From NCBI GenBank assembly GCA_044345405.1, contig JBIJBE010000005.1:1-64000 (forward strand): DNA of 64,000 nt, read 5' to 3'. Each line of letters begins with the position of its first letter. Position 1 is the first letter of the stretch. A program made the position numbers and the translations under genes. The notes beneath the pieces are model-generated. The model did not search any database. It was given only the letters and a program-made list of their open reading frames with translations, and was not told the origin of the DNA. The stretch comes from Bdellovibrionota bacterium (GTDB taxonomy: Bacteria; Bdellovibrionota_C; UBA2361; OMII01). Below, one piece after another: positions 60,062-64,000 of the stretch.

Positions 60062-60347
60062 ATTGGCTCATCACATCCCCTACTCATTCGGGGATGAGTG
60101 TACGAGAGCGCCAGCTCGGCCTTTATGAGCGGCCTTAGCCTTGAGAGAAGAGAATCACTGAGGCGAGCGCTACCACCGAATCACAGTCATTACGCGGGAG
60201 TCACGCTCGACACGTCGCGTCTTACCCTGAACCGATGGGGTCTTGGATACGCCATGAACTGGCCTTTCGACCACAAAGGGCGCAAAGGACACAATGCGTT
60301 GGGGAGTTTACACCGCGCAAATAGCCAACAGGGAGAGGATCCGCAGC

Positions 60348-60725
60348 CTAGGTAATAGAGGTGGTCCGCAGCTCAGCCAACGCCTTATCGGCGTCACGGG
60401 TGACCTTCTCCATCGCGTCAACACAATACGAGGTCCGAACCGAGCCGAGCCCATCGCTCCCCAGGTCCTCCGTCGCCAAACGAAGCGCCTTGGTGAAAGC
60501 TTGCGCAAGGACAAGCACCGAGTCGAGTCCTACAGAATTATCGCCGAGTTCGTTAAGGATATACGCTGTCACATGCTCAACGCGGGTATCATAAGGCTCC
60601 CACTTCTGGACACCCATGACCTCACGCTCAGCCGGGGATCGCTGCATGGCCCGGGCGACCTGCGTATCGATGGCATGCATGGCCTGGAGAAGGCCCTCCT
60701 CTAATTTGCCGCCTTTTGTTGTCAT
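60348..60725 (-). CDS. hypothetical protein
   Basis: 125-aa helical ORF with GGGAGAG upstream. Confidence 0.65.
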   Translation of the reverse strand: MTTKGGKLEEGLLQAMHAIDTQVARAMQRSPAEREVMGVQKWEPYDTRVEHVTAYILNELGDNSVGLDSVLVLAQAFTKALRLATEDLGSDGLGSVRTSYCVDAMEKVTRDADKALAELRTTSIT

Positions 60726-60816
60726 ACGCGTAATTCTCTCCCTATGAGGCGATACACCATCTCACCTGTTAAGACTCATGTGACCGTGTCTTGGATGCGG
60801 ATTTTCCGGTGGGCCC

Positions 60817-62475
60817 CTATCGCCGAGCCGTCCCAACCCACATAAATCGTGAGGATACCATCCCGTCGGCCGTTTCCATATAGGTGTACACCTCTCGACC
60901 CCGAGGGACGGAGAATTTAACTAACACCTCATATTCTCCCTGATCGTTGGTCACAACCTGCGCCACGGTCTTGTCTTGGACAACCAGGTTAAGCTTCACC
61001 GCCCCTACCGGAATGCCAGCGTCTGAGTAGACCTTGCCACTGACTCGATAGAGCCGCTCACGCCGAGAGCCGATAAACTGACGTCGAGCCGTGATTCGCG
61101 CGGGAGAGATGTCAGGGTCGCTTGCTGGTGGCTGCGGAGCCGCGGTTGGGTCGGTTGGAACTCCCCCTCGCGGAGTCATCAGCTCGGTAGAGATACATCC
61201 GTTGTAACGAGACAGGTGGTCCGAGATCTCCCGCACGCTCACACTTGAAAGGCGCGTCGCAGACGGGATCGATATGCTCGGATACATCAGCCCGCTTCTA
61301 TCACTGATATCGTGGAAACCCCCGAAGTTGTGCCCAATTTCGTGCGCGAAGATTCCCGGTGTCGCGGCGTCGACGTACGCTTGGGTCACACCGAAGGCGA
61401 GCGCTGGAGCCGCGCACACGGTACCGATATAAGCGATACCGATAACACTTCCATCCATGTCCTTCCCTGTGAAGAGATGCTTAAGGTCAACCTGCTCATG
61501 AAAATCGCCCCCTGAGCCCCCAAGGTTAGCGGCGTTGTCTGGATTACCAGTGAACACCTTCAGCAGGGTCGCTGAATCGGTCATCGTATATGGTGAGGTC
61601 TGTGTGTATACGTGCTGCTTCACCAATCGAAACCGAATCCCGAGCTGAGCCTCGTAGATCGCCTCGGCCGTATTAAGAATACTCGCTATAACCGCGTTAC
61701 TTGATTCGCCGTACTTCGCGTACCACTCGGGGTCGGCGTCCGTACTGATAGTTATAACTTTGGTAGCTTTCGACTCTCCGGTTTCCGAGTTACCAACCGG
61801 GGTAGTCGCGGGGTCAATCGGCATGATCGTGTATTCGCTATGCCCCTCAGCGTGCTGCGCTACGGCCGCCGCGATACTACCGGAACCGACCGCGGATCCA
61901 CACGCACCCCTATAAAAGGCGTGCGCCGGAACGCTCGATACCTTCGCGGAAACCCGTATTGAACCGTTCAGTAAAACCCGCACAGTATAGATACGCTGAC
62001 GAGTTCCGCGCGAGCCAGTCGCGCGCCCCGGGATCGTGATCCTGAGTTCATTATTAATGACCGACGCGGCGGTCGGAAACACCCGACGCCCTTGACGAAC
62101 CGTCCCACCGCCAACCGCGACTTTGCCCCGCAATAAGACCGGCTCGATAGGATCGATATATTTCGCGCCCCGCTTATCAACGAGAGAGGTCCACGTCTTA
62201 TTTCGACGAAGATTGAAACGGGCGTCGATATTTCCAAGATTCGGGATTCTACCGGCAACCTTAACGGTCGGTATGGCATCAAAGGTTTTCGAAGATGACG
62301 CTCGAGCCTGAACGTGTCGCAACCCTTCGACGTCGAGAGCGGCTCGATAAGGAGTAGTTCCGGCGCAAGCTGAGTTTGGCGCCAAAACCACAAAAACCAG
62401 GGTTACAACCAAAGAGAACTGCTGGAATAAACAGCCACTTCTCATATCCTTCTCCACTCTTTTGCAGGCATCCAT
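60817..62475 (-). CDS. Secreted M12/reprolysin-like zinc metallopeptidase
   Basis: HLFTG, GIAYIGTVC, AHEIGHNFGGFHD, Met-turn GLMYP; signal peptide; start uncertain. Confidence 0.85.
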   Translation of the reverse strand: MDACKRVEKDMRSGCLFQQFSLVVTLVFVVLAPNSACAGTTPYRAALDVEGLRHVQARASSSKTFDAIPTVKVAGRIPNLGNIDARFNLRRNKTWTSLVDKRGAKYIDPIEPVLLRGKVAVGGGTVRQGRRVFPTAASVINNELRITIPGRATGSRGTRQRIYTVRVLLNGSIRVSAKVSSVPAHAFYRGACGSAVGSGSIAAAVAQHAEGHSEYTIMPIDPATTPVGNSETGESKATKVITISTDADPEWYAKYGESSNAVIASILNTAEAIYEAQLGIRFRLVKQHVYTQTSPYTMTDSATLLKVFTGNPDNAANLGGSGGDFHEQVDLKHLFTGKDMDGSVIGIAYIGTVCAAPALAFGVTQAYVDAATPGIFAHEIGHNFGGFHDISDRSGLMYPSISIPSATRLSSVSVREISDHLSRYNGCISTELMTPRGGVPTDPTAAPQPPASDPDISPARITARRQFIGSRRERLYRVSGKVYSDAGIPVGAVKLNLVVQDKTVAQVVTNDQGEYEVLVKFSVPRGREVYTYMETADGMVSSRFMWVGTARR

Positions 62476-62622
62476 TCCTACGGCGGAAAAACGCGAGGGC
62501 GTTTTCTCTTACGATGCCCCTCGGAGAAGGAGGGCTCGAAAAATTTTCCAAAAAATTTACAACCCTTGTGCGAATCCCCGTAAGGCGGCTACATAAGCTA
62601 GAGAACCAACCCTGCGTGTCAG

Positions 62623-63867
62623 ATGATTCGAGCCACCCCCTTCTCTCTTTTTCGAATGACCCATTACGCCGCTCACCCCATCAATAAGTTCACTCACTTA
62701 CTGGTGTTATGCGCTGTTGTTGCCTCTGGTTGTGGTCGACCAACGACCGTCTCTCCAGAGAAGGCCTTTCGGCCCATTTCCGCTGAGCGAATCGATCTTT
62801 CAGACGATCTCAGCTTTGAGGGGCTCGAAGCCGCGATCGCTCAGCAGCGAGAGATACTGCGGAAGAGTGGCGACACTCCGATGAACTTCGGCGCCGAGAC
62901 CGTGTCACGGCGGGAATACGCCGAAGCACTCGACGCGTTGGTGGCAACCTTGAGAAGTTCGGAACCCGCGGACTCGAAGCTCACCTACATCCGAAATAAT
63001 TTTCGGTTCCTTGAGTGGTACGGGGGGAGTGATTGGGGCGAGATCCTCTTGACCAGCTACTTCGAGCCGATCATTCCGGGAAGCACGACAGCGTCCGCTC
63101 AATTTTCACAACCACTTTATGAAAAGCCAGACGACCTCGTGGTTATCGACCTCAAAAAATTCTCCGATCGCTTCAAGGATGAGGCAAGCCTACGGGGACG
63201 CGTGCACGAGGGGAAAGTAACGCCGTACTTCTCAAGAGGAGAGATCGATAGCGGACACGCGTTAAAGGGCCGAAAGCTCGAACTGTGCTGGGTTGATCCA
63301 ACAGACGCCTTCTTTCTTCACATCCAGGGGTCCGGGACCGTCAAGCTTCCCCACGGCGAGGAGCTCTTCATCACCTATGCGGAGAAGAACGGTCAAAAAT
63401 ATGTACCCATCGGTAAGTATCTTAAGGAGCGACTCGCCCCGCTTCCGGTTACCATGCAACGGATTGAAAGGGTCGTAAAAATGATGTCCGAACAGGAACG
63501 CTCCGATCTCTTCGCTAAAAATCCGAGCTATGTGTTCTTCACGAAATCAAAACGGAGAGCGATCACATCCCTCGGCGTTCCGGCCACGCCGGGACGGACG
63601 ATCGCGGTCGATTCAAAATTCGCCCCCAAAGGCGCGCTTGCGCTCATCTCCTTCAACAAGCCGTTAGTCGACCAACCAGAGTCAGTTGATAGAGGGACAC
63701 ATCCCACAACGAGGGTTTCACGATTCGTTCTCGATCAGGACTCGGGCGGCGCCATCACCGGAACCGATCACGTAGATCTATTCTGGGGACGGGGCGATGA
63801 GGCTAAAAAAGTAGCGGGAATACTTCAAGACAAGGCCCGAATCGTATTCCTCGTGCCTAAACGATAA
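62623..63867 (+). CDS. mltA: MltA lytic transglycosylase lipoprotein
   Basis: Lipobox VASGC, TSYFEP, FFLHIQGSG, NPSYVFF, RTIAVD, QDSGGAITG..HVDLFWG. Confidence 0.93.
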   Translation: MIRATPFSLFRMTHYAAHPINKFTHLLVLCAVVASGCGRPTTVSPEKAFRPISAERIDLSDDLSFEGLEAAIAQQREILRKSGDTPMNFGAETVSRREYAEALDALVATLRSSEPADSKLTYIRNNFRFLEWYGGSDWGEILLTSYFEPIIPGSTTASAQFSQPLYEKPDDLVVIDLKKFSDRFKDEASLRGRVHEGKVTPYFSRGEIDSGHALKGRKLELCWVDPTDAFFLHIQGSGTVKLPHGEELFITYAEKNGQKYVPIGKYLKERLAPLPVTMQRIERVVKMMSEQERSDLFAKNPSYVFFTKSKRRAITSLGVPATPGRTIAVDSKFAPKGALALISFNKPLVDQPESVDRGTHPTTRVSRFVLDQDSGGAITGTDHVDLFWGRGDEAKKVAGILQDKARIVFLVPKR

Positions 63868-63871
63868 GGGA

Positions 63872-64000
63872 TTACTGGTCCTCTTCCTCAAGGCTCGGCA
63901 CGACTACTCCAGGAGCGATACCTGGCGAGCCTCCCCGTTGAACAGGCACAGCGTTAGGGATCAGTCCCACGATAGCGGGATCGCTTGCGGGAGGAGCAGA
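63872..64000 (-). CDS. C-terminal end of an unidentified CDS (partial)
   Basis: Open minus-strand frame from the window edge, ...SAPPASDPAIVGLIPNAVPVQRGGSPGIAPGVVVPSLEEEDQ*, convergent with mltA. Confidence 0.45.
   Translation of the reverse strand, partial: SAPPASDPAIVGLIPNAVPVQRGGSPGIAPGVVVPSLEEEDQ

Noticed and set aside
60167-60177. ops/JUMPStart-like GGTGGTAGCGC upstream of the GT4 gene
   Set aside because: Mismatch to GGCGGTAG, no JUMPStart first half, and only a single glycosyltransferase downstream.
60098-60310. Possible 6S RNA (CCCTGAACC motif)
   Set aside because: The complementary GGTTCA arm and long closing helix are not evident, and the usual zapA/ygfA context is absent; an Infernal search would settle it.
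1-64000. CRISPR arrays, tRNA/rRNA genes, transposases, prophage
   Set aside because: No regularly spaced repeats, no T-loop/cloverleaf or rRNA signatures, and no transposase or phage-structural motifs seen by eye.

Overview
A 64-kb, gene-dense bacterial chromosomal segment with moderately high GC. The gene mix suggests a Bdellovibrionota/deltaproteobacteria-like organism, but that is inference only. About 45 CDS are supported. They include ppx/gppA (cut by the window edge), a divergent RlmN-like radical SAM enzyme, sodA, speA, a deoxyhypusine-synthase-like protein, gltB, panD, an ECF sigma factor, a CHASE4 hybrid kinase with receiver proteins, greB, a crotonase/acyl-CoA dehydrogenase/B12-mutase operon, hinT-sbcC-sbcD, a P1B ATPase, tlyA, an RRM protein, a GT4, an M12 peptidase and mltA. 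I found no rRNA, tRNA, CRISPR array or transposase by eye. The most notable observations are: (1) a signal-peptide protein whose C-terminus looks like a catalytically dead, truncated XerC/D recombinase domain; (2) a 1758-aa M48-peptidase + AarF/UbiB-kinase fusion head-to-head with a YrbL-like kinase, each seemingly missing a different catalytic residue; (3) a GT39/DUF2298 glycosyltransferase split into two divergent genes; (4) a membrane-tethered SET domain; (5) isobutyryl-CoA-mutase signature residues in the B12 mutase; (6) REP-like doublets and a twice-occurring ACGTTC hexamer element. All family calls come from motifs recognised by eye; no database searches were run.
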